Source: Antedon mediterranea
Lineage: Eukaryota; Animalia; Echinodermata
DNA: 64,000 bases
Direction: 5' to 3'
Assembly (NCBI RefSeq): GCF_964355755.1
Contig: NC_092675.1
Coordinates: 30,042,912 to 30,106,911, forward strand
Of this stretch, positions 51,101 to 64,000 are shown piece by piece. Position 1 is the stretch's first letter. The number at the start of each line of letters is the position of its first letter. Made by a program: the position numbers and the translations under genes. Below the pieces are notes generated by a model that searched no databases, was not told the origin of the DNA, and was given only the letters and a program-made list of their open reading frames with translations.

Positions 51101-54100
51101 TCACATTATTTTGCAACTAACCTCCTCAATAAAAATAGCCTATAAAAAGTGTACAAAGTTCAAACACAAACCCATACATTTGTGTTTGTATGCATCCCTC
51201 AATATAACCAAATATGGAAAGGGAAGTGGATCGCCATTATTGCTCGTTCTGCAAATTTGTTCAACACTGTGCAACACCCAACGTTTACACAAATACAGAT
51301 GTACTTTAGATAAATGATTATTAGATAGTAGTACTCAATATACTGTGGTTCTCATAGAGTAAATAATTAATAATACTAATATTTTGGGGATTACAATCTC
51401 AAGTAAAGCTAGCAGTTTTTGGGCAATCTGCATAAAGGTCCTTTCATACCTGTCCAGACTCACTGTACTGTACCAAGCAATCCGACACAAACAACCTGAA
51501 CAGGGTCTGGACTGAAGCAGGTGTGAAAAGCCCATTATTCTATATTGGTCACAAATTAGAAGAAATACAGTAGAAAGTATATTGGAGGAGAAAACTTTAA
51601 TATGAATTTAAATTTATAAAAAAATCAATTATTACTACTACTAATGTCCTACTAATCACATCCCCAATCTCCTTGTACATCAAAGGTCTGAGTTCTATTT
51701 GACAATTATAGGCATCAGGCATGCTTCTTGTGTTTTGTTTCTAAATTTAGTTTATCGTATCATTAACAGGTGATCAACAAACCTATTAATGATGTCCTTA
51801 ATTACTATGGAGGTGATTGTTTGCTGGTAGTTGAATCATACTTAAAATAATATGAATAAATTAAATCATAATACATTACTCATCATACTTTTTGATTGTT
51901 CAGTTTGGCTAAAATGTAATGTCTGAATATTAAGAGAAATGGCTAATCAAACAGTTTGGAGGCTATTTCTTTCAATTTTTAGTGATGTCATCATGGTTTA
52001 TAACAAGTTATTTCTATTGTATAATTCATAGTAAAAGTTTGGATGGCAGTAGAATTAATGGTTTATATGTATAATTTGGAAAAAAATTGATGTGAAGGTA
52101 CAATTGAACAATTTAGTGGGAAAAGGTGCCATGCTTTGACATTTGTTAATATCATGTCACATGAGGTTTTTCCTAACTAACATCTTGATTTCCTGCACAA
52201 AGCCTTATAGTAAAAGTTTAAATGGTAACAGCAGTAATGGTATGTAGAATTTGGAAAAATGTATGTGAAGGTAAAATTGAAAAACCAATAAATATCAGCC
52301 TTTACTAAACATTGACAGTTGAATACCAACACTTTGTTGTTGTCTTTATATTAATTTATACTATCTAACAGAAATTCTCTTTGTGATTTTTACCATTTGC
52401 CAAGGATAAATTTAAATAATAAATAGTAGTAAAACTGAGGGATTTACATATTGGAGACTGCATTTAACAACTGAATATTCTATTTGTCAAGGACCAAGTA
52501 CAGTAACTCTGATTTAAAATATAGTATTGTAATGTAAGATAACAATTTTGTAAAATGCATGTTGTCACATTTATATATCAAAAAATAGTCCGTTCAAAAA
52601 AGTGAAAAGGGTGTTTTCTCTCTCTATCCAACCGCATGCTCATACTACAATTATTTTCTACATGATATCATTATTGCAATTAGGACGACCTAAAAGACAG
52701 TACTATAGTACCCCTGACACTAGATCAAAATATAGGTTGAGTTTAGGTAGTATGGCAGGTAAGAAAAAGTAAATTTTAACATTGTATGATTTCCTATTTG
52801 TAAATTATCATATTATCTATGCTTTATGACCTTTTTTACACATTAATCATCTGAAATATGTAATTTAAAAATATAAATACAATTTTATGCATGAACAGAA
52901 CTATAGTACAGTAATTTCAAATATCTCAATGAACTTATAATTTATAAGTTAACCCTAATGGTAAAATATATGTGTAATTAAAGAATAGATAAAAAGTATT
53001 ATAATAATACTAAGCATCGTTCATTATATTATACAAAGTTTCTTTTTAAATTAGAAAAATGAAAACTCAAAATTACTACTGTACTGTACAATATGGAGCC
53101 TGAAATACACAAACCAGGAGTGTTAGTCGATGGTGTAAGCAGGCAAATACACAAACCAGGAGTGTTAGTCGATGGTGTAAGCAGGCAAATACACAAACCA
53201 GGAGTGTTAGTCGATGGTGTAAGCAGGCAAATACACAAACCAGGAGTGTTAGTCGATGGTGTAAGCAGGCAAATACATTTAAAAATGTTGTTTTTTATCA
53301 ATTTTAACAATGAAAATGTGGTCACATGATAAATGTAAGTGTCCAGTAACTGGTAAATGAATGTCAAGAGGTAGTTAGAATGATAGATATAGACTCTTAA
53401 GAACTCTTAATAAGAGAATGAAGAGTGTCCAGGTGCCTTGTTGTCCAGGGGCTCATCCCATGTCTTCAACCCCATACCAATCATAGCATTCTATAGCCTA
53501 CACAAGGACCTACTTCCGCTATTGTATCCTGCTACTAGCAAATAAACTTGGACAATTGCCAACAAAGCTTATAAATATTAAAAATAATTTGCTTTACTAT
53601 ATTTTAATATGTATAGATTAGTAGTAACTGTAGTATAGCAGTCAAAAGGCAGAATAGCCTGAAAATGACCATTAAATCACTCATTTTCCAATGCATGCAC
53701 CAAGTAGTTTGCAACTAGTGATGACAAATAATACATTTTATTAGCTTTTTAGTAAAGTATGTTATTTAATCAATAAAATGAAAGTCTTATAAACTTTGTC
53801 CTCTTTCTCCTCCCACGACCCAATACGTGTGTATAGGGTACCTATTTATCAGGTTGCAGATTCATCACCAATTCATTATCTAGGCTAAGATGGTGCTGGC
53901 CCATTGGAGAGATAACCGCTAGTAGTCCCCTTTTACAACAGAACAGAAACAGCTTCACAAGATTCTATTTCCATCCAGGGTTACCTTCTATATCCCCGCC
54001 ATAAGAAATTCTTAACCTCCTTGTCGAAGCAGCAGTATTGTTTTTTGGCATACACCCATAAACTTAGCTGGCGCCTAAACTAGATATCAATTTGTAGTTA

Positions 54101-57100
54101 AATTCATGGCCACATTTTCTAGGGACCAACAGTAGGAAATGACAAGCAAAACAACCAATACTGATAATGTTGAATATTGGTTATAATATTTATGTGAACG
54201 GATTACAAAAATCAAGTACCTGTACATACAAGTTCAATCAAATGTTTCTTTAAGTAATAATATGTAATGAATGTTTATGAGTTGGATGGGAGAATATTTT
54301 TATGAGTTGAAAGACTGACTGTTCTAAATGAGGTGGAGCCAAATTAAATAGAACGGTCAGCCTGGGCGTACTGTACAATAGGCTTACACTTTTTATGGGC
54401 CTAGGGGTACTGTAGACTTACACTTTTTATGGGCCTAGGGGTACTGTAGGCTTACACTTTTTATGGGCCTAGGGGTACTGTAGACTTTTTAAGCAGTAGG
54501 CAAGCTACTGTTGGATGGCGATTTGCCATCCTTCTTCAAGCACAATACTATTATTGTCTCCAATAATTGTAGCGCTGTATCCACTACTGAATCAAAATCA
54601 AACAAATTTCAAGCTACTTTAAGTAAAGCGCCTTTTTGGAGACGATACTGTTATCACTATCAGTATCAACAACGTACTGTTTTAGATTGATTAAACTATT
54701 ATGAAATTTATCTTCAACATCCGGCCTACTGTTTGAAAAAAAAACTCACAATTAACTAATCACCATCATAATTAATAAATTTTCCTGTTCAGTAAAACTA
54801 ATACTTGAATAACATAATATGCAATAGTTGAATGGCAAAGACACACTTGAGTGTGTTATGTAATCACTAATAATATTAATTGTTGTCCAAGGTTTGTTCA
54901 AATACAACTTCCAAGTTAAGCAGATCATCTATTAAACATTTTGCACAAGTTTTCAGGGTGATATTAAATATTGTTTCAATTGATGTCATAGCACAACTTT
55001 GAGATTATGTCACATCTTTGGTGAACCTTAGGCTCTGTCTACATTATCAAACTAGTTTGACAAAAAAGTGTGATGTGCCCAAACATGGTAGTGATGTGCC
55101 CCGGTATGTGATATGACATCATGTTCAAATATGGGCACATCACATTTTTTTTATAGTGTAGACGGAGCTTTAGTAGATTTTTGTACACATTTACATTTTA
55201 CCTTAATAATATTCCTGGTACGGTAGTTTTTTAAACTCTTAGGAAAGTTTCTGTTGTAAAATGCAAAAATCATTCACATATCAAAACAATGTATTTGAAA
55301 TTTAAATCACAGACCTTTTAGACTATGAACAGCCAAACTTGATTAACAACATTTTCTGCTAAACTCATTTCAGAAAAAAGTGTTGCAAAGTCAAAACAAC
55401 ATGTGTTTTATTCAAATATTTTAACATATTTTTATGTTAATCTCAAAGTTGTAGTATCCAGATGATTTTAGTACATTTTCAGCTCAATATTTTTAGAATC
55501 AATTTACTTTCCATAAAGCCTACTAGGTCTATATTGTCAGCAAAGCTAAGTGAGCTTAAAATAGGACATTGATGTACTTATTGCATTTACATTAGATCGA
55601 CAGTAAAACCCCTCAAGTGCTGAAGGAGAAAGGAAGTGTATCCAAAATGAACAAACTCATATCTAGGACATCATTATAATCTTTCAAACATTGATGAGTG
55701 CATTTTACTTTATTAATTGGCAGCTTTTTCTGTGCTTTACTATCTGGAACATTTCATCAGTAGGCACTTATATGCATCACTATTTCTAACTTTGTCTAGT
55801 GCTCTTAAAGCCACAAATTTAAATATTACAGTTTTATGACTTTATTATAATAACTGTAGGATACCCATGCTCCCATGTTATTTTCAAACATAGTCATCTT
55901 ATTTGCTCTATACTGTTATTATTTTTTCAGTTACAAAACTAGCATGTTAACACTAAATTGTGCTAGCTATAAAAAATAAATAAATATTGATTCTATACTA
56001 TTTTTCAGCTATTTTAATTAGAAAAATGTTTTTGTGAATGTCTTCACCAACTTTATAAAATAATTTACATGTATTACATTATCATTAGAAAATAATATGA
56101 GTTATAAAAACAGTAAAATTATGTTATGGGACTCAATGGCCTCATAACTACCAGGATTCTCGGGTCATAGGTTGTGACCTATGTCTGCATTTTGTTATGG
56201 TTGCTAGGTAATATTGGAAGCCCACATGATGAAGTAGAAATGTTTTATATTCAACAATATCTTTATTTGTATTTTGAGGGAGTAATGAATCAGGGTTGTT
56301 TCACCCCAAGAAGACGTTTCAACCCACTTTTTTGCATTTGGGGACGGGGAGTTAATAGCGGGAGGGGGACATTTTGTCACAATTGCTATTGATAAACTAG
56401 TAGCAATCTCAAACTTGACATGTATACAGTATTACATGGACATTTGTCATAAATCTAGTAAATTTAGATTACTAACCTCAGTTAACGCATGTAGTTGTCC
56501 ATTATGTACACACACTCCTTTGAATCTATAAATAACAACATTTTATTTAATCATAAATAACAATGTAGTATAAATGATAACAATCAGTCAAAGAAAAGAA
56601 GAAATTCCAGAAGCGCAATATAAAACTAGTTTGACAAAAAATGATGTGCCCAAATATGGTAGTGATATGAAATCATCATGTCCATACATAGGCACATCAC
56701 ATTATTTTTGTCACATAAAGTTTGATAGTGTAGACAGAGCTTTAAACTCATTCACCAGAGAGTTACTGTACATTGAAAGCATGTCATAGTAGAAATTTAA
56801 ATAAATATTTAACAGTACTATTCAAACTGTATACTTTTTGTTGGTAGAGTACATACTGTAAATGCAGATGCATTCTATAATAACTATGTCAATGTGTCAA
56901 AGGTTAACCTATAAATAGATTTTTATCTACTACTATTCATATTTTCAAGGTCATTTATTACTTTCAATTTATATGATGAAATGAAATAATGAAATTTGCA
57001 AATTTTGGCTTATTTACATTGTAAATTTATATATAGCTGGAAGTCATAAAACATGAATAAGGTTTGTTATTCAACATGTTTGGTAAAGCTGCATATATTA

Positions 57101-60031
57101 ATTATTATATTTAGGGCAACTTGTTTACATGAATCATGGAGGTATAAATTATACCTCCATGCATGGATGAAGCATATTTATCTTGTAATGCATTCAGTGT
57201 GAATACAAAATGTCTGTCATAACAAAAAAGTAAGGGCCTGTTCAGACTTTAGAATTTGCACATGTAAATGGTTGCGTTCGGAAATTAAATTGTTCTTCGG
57301 GTATAAATTTTGCAATAAACAACTGTATAAAAAACCGGACAAATTTGGTGGATTTTTCAATTACACTTTAAACTGCAAGCTTGTGTTGACAAGTTTACCT
57401 TACATTTGTAAAAAGATGCGCGGCCTAGCTTAGAGCTCTGAGCTGGCTTTATGTTCAAGGCACTACTTACTACTGTAGTAGCAAGCGACGCAATCGCTGC
57501 TTTGTTTTGACTGTATTCAGCAGCCACTGTTTGTGGGTGAAGAAGTAAATCATCCAAAAAGAAGCAAAATAAAACTTCTTGCTGGATTTAATATTGATAA
57601 TTTGTTGTCAATTTGTAAAGTTGGTAACTAAAGGGAATCATACTATAGTTCGTCAAAGGTCTGAACACCGAACATGGGATATGGGAATAGCATCATAGTA
57701 ACTTTTTTTTAGTCCATGTATGGTTACACGTATAATTGGGTCTATGTCCGTAGTTCAAACCCAAAATTTGAATTTTGTTACATACTGTTGCAAAGATAGT
57801 AAAAAGGGCAAATGTTTTAACTTGCCATTTAAAGTATGACCATTATAAACATCACATGGTTCCATTGAAATGAAAGTGACCACATACTGTATTTACATTC
57901 TAGTGTAAATTAATTTGAACATGACATATTTCTTTGTGTAAATGCTGCTTTGTTGTCCAATCATCTTGTTGTTTATACTATGTACTTTAAACCCAATCAG
58001 GACATTCTGACAGTAAATCCATATTCTTGGTTCTTTTTTGTATTTTGTCTCTTGGAAACTAGTACAGAACACTTACTGTTAAGCTCTGTCTACACATGGA
58101 GAAATCAGTTAGCTAACTGATTTCTCCATGGTCTACACTATCAAACTTTATGTAACAAAAAAATGTGATGTGCCCATATTGACGTGATGATGTCATATCA
58201 CTACCATATTTAAGCATATCACTACCATATTTGGGCACATTTTTTTGTCAAACTAGTTTGATAGGTAGACAGAGATTTACAGATATTCAGTTTGGAAACA
58301 AATTCATTTTTAATCTACCTTATTTGACCCATTTAATGCCATATCGCCCTTCTTAAATATCAGACTACCAACTGATTTCTCAGATATTTTGTTTCCTGTT
58401 GGCATGTAAATTACAAGGATGCATAAGATTTAAAAGGAAAGATTGCAATAAATTATTATTCTAACAATTGGTGGCCAATCAGAAGCAGTATGACGTATCA
58501 TTGAGTATCACTATCATTACGCCAGGAGCAGATGCAGATTTACTTGTATTATTTACTGAAAAGGTGTATGTTTGGTTTACATACTTGATGTATTGTGATA
58601 ACAAAAATGAATTTAAACATTACTTTAAAATTGTTAAAGATATATTGTCTCACTGGAAAAAATAATGATTTGTAGAATATTCTACTTTAACATCAATAGT
58701 AACATTTATTTTAAACAGTTTATTTTGTCTTATAATGAATGAAATTATTATTTTTGTTCGTTTTAACTAACTTTATTAATTATGCACTATAATATCACCT
58801 ATTCTATGTTCTTTATTATTTATGTTTAGACATCTTTGCATTCATCAAATTATTGTCATTGAAGAGTTTTGATTCACACAAACAAGGCGTTGGATTTGTT
58901 CATTCTTAAAAAATAGGATACATTTAATTAAAAAACAGTACAGTACTGTATGAAGGAAAACAGAATTCTGATATTTCATTCAAATGTTTTAAAATGTAGT
59001 AGTACACAGCCTTCACGTGTCACATAATTAAATTTTATTTCATGATATGCTGGCTAATGGGCATATATTTAATGTTTCCTTTAAATGCTTTTATGAGTTT
59101 GTCATGTGATTAGTTTGTCATGTTATGAGTTAAAATAGTATTCAGACATCAGTCATGTGGTAAATAGACTCTCGGCTGCTACTATGTCCTTTAAAACATT
59201 TAGGTAATTGTGCCACAGTATTTACCGGTATGTATTAAGAAGGGAATGTGAGGGGATAATAAAGAAAGGATAGAAAGAGAGAGGATAGAAAAAGAGGGGA
59301 TAGAAAAAGAGGGGATAGAAAAAGAAAGGATAGAAAGGAAGGGGATAGAAAGAGAGGGGATAAAAAGAGAAAAGATAGAAAGAGAGGGGATAGAAAGAGA
59401 AAAGATAGAAAGAGAGAGAGAGAAAAAGAAAAGATAGAGAGGAAGGGGATAGAAAGAGAGGGGATAGAAAGAGAGGGGATAAAAAGTGAGGGGATAGAAA
59501 CAGAAAAGATAGAAAGAAAGGGGATAGAAAAGAAGGGATAGAAAGAGAAATAATAGAAAGAGAAGGGGATAGAAAGAGAAATAATAGAAAGAGAAGGGGA
59601 TAGAAAGAGAAAAGATAGAAAGAATGGGGATAGAAAAGAAGGGATAGAAAAGAAGGGATAGAAAGAGAAATAATAGAAAGAGAAGGGGATAGAAAGAGAA
59701 ATAATAGAAAGAGAAGGGGATAGAAAGAGAAAAGATAGAAAGAATGGGGATAGAAAAGAAGGGATAGAAAAGAAGGGATAGAAAGAGAAATAATAGAAAA
59801 GAAGGGATAGAAAGAGAAATAATAGAAAGAGAAGGAATAGAAAGAGAAAAGAAACTGAAGAGAGGAAAGAATTAACTTTTAAATGTGAAGTAAAATAAAA
59901 ACGATTTACCTGACAATGTTTTTGTGCGTTAATCTATTGAGTAGTTCAACTTCATGTATAACATTAGCTCTGTTGTCATAGCGTGTATTCATCTTGAGCA
60001 CCATTACTTCTCCACTTATTCGATGCCAAAC
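42122..60031 (-). CDS. TESK: Dual-specificity testis-specific protein kinase (TESK1/2, cdi family), 5'-partial
   Basis: Minus-strand exons: 60031-59910, 56525-56477, 49698-49546, 45545-45469, 44854-44773, 44343-44260, 43908-43819, 43450-43336, 42798-42122 (1449 nt, in frame). TESK-type motifs: [71 protein letters not shown], C-terminal NPF and RRKSISLPTSP. The glycine-loop exon was not found and presumably lies beyond 64000. Confidence 0.92.
42925..43030 (-). mobile_element. tRNA-derived SINE fragment
   Basis: Minus strand gatggttaacgtgcttgccttccaaaccaaaggtccggggttcaatcctg...aactccactccc; a same-family copy lies on + near 47775-47870. Confidence 0.6.
43560..43735. repeat. ~19-bp minisatellite (ccctccgacctctagttt)
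   Basis: Direct tandem copies in a TESK intron. Confidence 0.9.
44021..44164. mobile_element. MITE family 1 copy
   Basis: gctttgtctacactatcaaac...gatagtgtagtgtagatagaact, with the same internal gatgtgcccaaatatggtagtgat. Confidence 0.75.
45640..46182. repeat. Pyrimidine-rich minisatellite (cttatccatctctttttct)n
   Basis: Direct repeats; the source of spurious ORFs on both strands. Confidence 0.95.
47775..47875 (+). mobile_element. tRNA-derived SINE fragment
   Basis: gtggcttgctggtta (A-box-like), ggttcaagccc (B-box), then aactccactccc. Confidence 0.55.
50139..50298. mobile_element. MITE family 1 copy with TAA target duplication
   Basis: TAA-AGCTCTGTCTACA...TATAGACAGTGCT-TAA. A TWA TSD is typical of PIF/Harbinger. 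Confidence 0.85.
53104..53277. repeat. 42-bp tandem repeat, about 4 copies
   Basis: aaatacacaaaccaggagtgttagtcgatggtgtaagcaggc repeated. Confidence 0.95.
55031..55169. mobile_element. MITE family 1 copy with TTA target duplication
   Basis: TTA-GGCTCTGTCTACA...TGTAGACGGAGCT-TTA. Confidence 0.85.
56622..56741. mobile_element. MITE family 1, left-truncated copy
   Basis: Family internal sequence plus right TIR TTTGATAGTGTAGACAGAGCT. Confidence 0.75.
58082..58276. mobile_element. MITE family 1 copy whose left TIR is interrupted by a 36-bp hairpin insertion
   Basis: agctctgtctaca[CATGGAG...CTCCATG]gtctacactatcaaac ... gtagacagagat. Confidence 0.8.
59260..59855. repeat. Purine-rich minisatellite (gatagaaagagaagg)n
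   Basis: Direct repeats immediately 3' (minus strand) of TESK exon 60031-59910. Confidence 0.95.
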
Positions 60032-61107
60032 CTGTAAAATGAAGAAAATACGTCATACAGACTTCAATAACGTCATTCGAATGATAGTCCATTGCTCATG
60101 GTGCTGTTACTCATACAGCAAATTACATTGTCTTTATTAATATGCTTACAATTACATAAAGACACACCAAGACATTGTACAAAATGTGTATAGTACATGT
60201 TCAGTAATTGCAGTAAAGTACGTTTTGTAGTAAGTAGTCATTATTAATGAATGATTTTGTTCTGGCATTTTTAACGATCTATAATTCATGTAGCATCAGA
60301 TGGTTGAACGTTGAAGAAAAAAGATTAGAGAAAAAGGTCTACGTATATCTGCCAGAATTGAAAAATATATACATACATACATTGTTGAAATTAAACGCCA
60401 TTTATTTACCTATTTTCCTCTGTTTTTTTGTCAATTACTTTTGTTCTTACACGCAGATTATAAATTTAAGTATGAAAAGTGTATTCATATTTACTATACA
60501 GAGTTTACAACAATAATTTTGGATGACATTTTAAAGTTTATTTTCTAGCGACAGAAATAGGCAAAACATTTTAAACAGTTAAATTTTAAATTTATTTTTA
60601 TTCTGTCTCAATTATAGTAAATACTTGTTGTATCTGATTTTTTGGCCATTTATTATTGTAATACTAGGCATATTACAGTATATTGTACTTTATTTATTTT
60701 TTTTGCAATTTTAAGAACACTATTTTTAAAGAAATGTTATAAATTGATAAGGATAGATGAACTTCTGATCTAAGTGAATTAAGGAAACGATTTATCATTT
60801 TAACCATACGCAAGAGTGGATCTAATGCTATAATCTTTCACACCAGTAGCTAAAAAAGCAAAAGATATTTATTTAAGATAATTGAGTAGAAGTATATAAA
60901 GAGGCTATTTGTCTGATAACAGTTCAAGAGATAGTTACAATACCAGACTGTTCACAAGCTATGTATTATTCCTTCTAGTTTTCACTGTTTTATTTATATA
61001 GACTAATGAACCATTTCGAGACAAGTTTAGTATTTTGGTGTTCTTTGTGTTATGTAAGCGCACGCTTTATTGTAATTAACATGGATGATTTGGCTCTACT
61101 GGAATCT

Positions 61108-61288
61108 GATCAGCTACAGTACACTATCAAATGTTTGTACTTGAATCTAACAGAAACAGATAGATTTGATCGGCTACAGTACACTATCAAATGTTTTTAC
61201 TTGAATCTAACAGAAACAGATAGATTTGATCTGCTACAGTACACTATCAAATGTTTTCCTTGCATAAACAGAAACAGATTTGATCTAA
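61108..61288. repeat. 60-bp tandem repeat, about 3 copies
   Basis: gctacagtacactatcaaatgttt...acagatagatttgat at 60-bp spacing. Confidence 0.9.
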
Positions 61289-64000
61289 AGGTCTGTTTCT
61301 GCTGCGAGCAAATAAACGATTAATAAACTTTGTGAATAAGTATCTAAGTATAAATAAGTATAAATATCCAAATGTCAACACTGGTTCTCATTTTGCTTGG
61401 ATGTTGTAAACTGGTTGCTATTCAGCTGCATTGCAAAATAATGGTTAATTGTTTGACAGCCTGAGCACATTGCATGTTGTTAGGTAATGCTAATGTTTTA
61501 TTGACGACCACCCACGGATATTAAACATTTTTTTTTAAATTCTATTATGAAATAAATGTTTGGTATGTAGCAGACAAGCCCTTACTGTACAGTACAAGTT
61601 GTCATACAAATATAATGTATACAGTATCTCAATAAAGAAAAAAAAACAATCAAAAACAGGTCATTTATAGAACAGTATTATTAATAATCCTCTGGTATAA
61701 TCCCACCCCTCTAGAACACGAAATTGGGCCGGCATGGAATAATCCCCGGGAGAACCTTGGTTCAGGAAAAAAATTATTAGTATTCGTAAGCATTTCTTGT
61801 AAAAACTCATCTGAACTGACTAAAGATAGGCCTATATCCAGACCAAAAGTCAATACTGGGACTATAACCGGAGATATGCCTGTTTGTGAATGAAACACAG
61901 AAGTAAGGGATGGGATTAGACCCGAAGTGGGATTAGACCCGAAGTGGGATTAGACTCGAGGATATACAATACCAGTTTTATGTGTTACTATAATTACAGT
62001 ATCATCATTATTACTTTCATTACCATGAAATCCTTATTTTATAAAATCTATTTTGTTAATAATAACAGCTTACTGGGGATTTGAAGAATACAATATAAAG
62101 GTAAAAATGAACTCAAGTTTATTGAACCAGTTAGATAAGCTGTCAGGTATTTCAAAATGAAATTGTGAGTAATATCTAAAACGGATTCATTGTTAGCCTA
62201 TCGGACATTGGAAGCATTATAGATATTGTTTGAAACTTTATAGGAATGAACCAGGAAGGGGGATGTGTTTATTTCCTGTTTCTAACAATATTGACGTGTA
62301 TAGCCTACGGTAATCATCACGATCTCTTTATATCTATTGTACACATTGTGTTGTTACTTCCAATATTAACTGATCTTTCAATTGATGTAGGCCTACTGGA
62401 CAAGTAGTAAACCAACAAAACAGCAATTTGAAAAGGAAAATTCTAAAGTAGTAAAATCATCTTTTATTTCAAATAAAAAAAAACATATAAGGTATAAACC
62501 AACATCCCAGGTCACAGCTTGGAGGTCAGAGCATGAAAGGGTAAGCAAGACAACCAATACAAAACACTTAAAATAAGAAGGTACAAATAGTAGAAAACAC
62601 ATCCAAAAGCCATAACATTAATAATAGATTGCTATTAAAAAAAATTGCTTCCACACAGTTACATTTCTTCTGAAATACCAAATCATTTTTTTTGTTACCA
62701 TATTCAGTAATTTTGCTCCCTGAAAAACTGGTGGTATTAGTACGCCATTCATATCATTTTTACTTTTATGTTGAACAATATTCATTTTGCAATATAGGGA
62801 TTTTTACGAAAAATGGTCAAAGGCACATAGCGTAAAACAATTACTGATTGGGTGTCTTTGATAGTTGATTTGAGACCATTTTATTTGTCCTGTTGGCAAT
62901 AAAATGAAGGTAATTCTATCAGTATTTACAAGTTATTTCCTAGCACAACATAAACGGGTCCAAAAGTCTTTCTATATGCGATTAAATTAGAGAAAAATGT
63001 CAAGGTCTACTACTAGTATACACCTTATATTAATATTAGTAATGCTGTTATCTTTATAGCCACTTTGCCAAGCAATCTTGTACCAAATGACTGATTTTTC
63101 ACAGTCGACTTTTCATTTAACAGACTCTCTGAAAACCAGAAACTCTCCCAATACCAGAATTTTCTTGAGGACCAAAACGTCCCAAATTACTTTTCAAAAA
63201 CACATTCCGAAAACCAAACATACAGTATTTGGCCAGCCGAAATGTGTCTGGTATTGGGAGAGTGGACTGTATACTGTACAGTGACACTGACCAGCAGCAA
63301 CACTGCTGTGCGGAGGTTTAATTCACAGAGTCTGGTAAACATGGCAATGACATTGACATTAATCAATAATTATCAATCATATCATTCCACCTACTCATTG
63401 CAAGTCTACAGAATGTCTGCCATTATTACTACAGAAAATTATGCCTACTGTAATTACAGATGTACAGAAATGTAGATTTAAGAGGAAAATAAATTATGAT
63501 TTGCTGTAAATTATGGGAAATTACAGTAAAACGTAATAATTATGGACGACACCATGAAAAGACTCGTTTCCAGGTTTTTTGTCCAGTGTGGAAGTGCCAA
63601 ATGGTAGACCGTTGGCCTTTCGCTTTCATAATGTGCCAAACAGTCAGAAAATCTGCTCCAGTCCACATGCCCAAACTGACATGTGTAAAAAAAAAGATAA
63701 TTGAACTTTTCTATATTCTTTGTTTTGCCTGGTTTTAACTTCACATATCAATATAACTGATTTTGATCAATGTTTATTTGGTATTATCTGATCTGATATT
63801 ATTCAGGAAGTTATTAATTAAAATTAATTATGAAGTTTGTCAGGATGGAGTATCAGTTGTAAACCCATTGTATGTTGACCTTTTGACCTTTGTATGTTGA
63901 CCTTTGTGTGTTGACCTTTGTGCTGACCTGTCAATCTGCCTGACTTTAAAATAAAAACATAATATTCAAAAGCAATAATCCTGTGGTTGAATTGGATTGG

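Noticed and set aside
57234-57670. Possible MITE with ggcctgttcagac/gtctgaacacc ends
   Set aside because: Short imperfect TIR, no clear TSD and a single copy in the window; insufficient support.
60032-64000. First TESK coding exon (GxGFF loop)
   Set aside because: No matching minus-strand exon found by eye; the short ORFs here lack kinase motifs.

Overview
AT-rich, intron-rich animal genomic DNA, probably a marine invertebrate (echinoderm-like repeat landscape; this is inference). Four genes were assembled by hand from GT-AG splice sites with frame checks. (1) A 14-coding-exon EF-hand-repeat protein, FAP115/EFCAB6-like and probably ciliary (+, 1113-8094, about 921 aa). (2, 3) Two tandem paralogues with an N-terminal TASOR/TEX15-type pseudo-PARP (DUF3715) domain followed by one giant, repeat-rich and almost unalignable last exon (+, 14843-20775, about 1685 aa; +, 32600-37133, about 1266 aa). 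(4) A TESK-family kinase (-, 42122-60031; 5' exon not found in the window). Non-coding DNA contains PIF/Harbinger-like MITEs, LINE 3' fragments, SINEs (one preceded by a 5S rRNA-derived segment), a ~430-bp near-perfect palindrome, two 70-bp tandem arrays and microsatellites. It also contains many 19-36 bp hairpins with 7-8 bp flanking duplications that look like P-superfamily excision footprints. The most interesting signals are the DUF3715 paralogue pair and these footprints.
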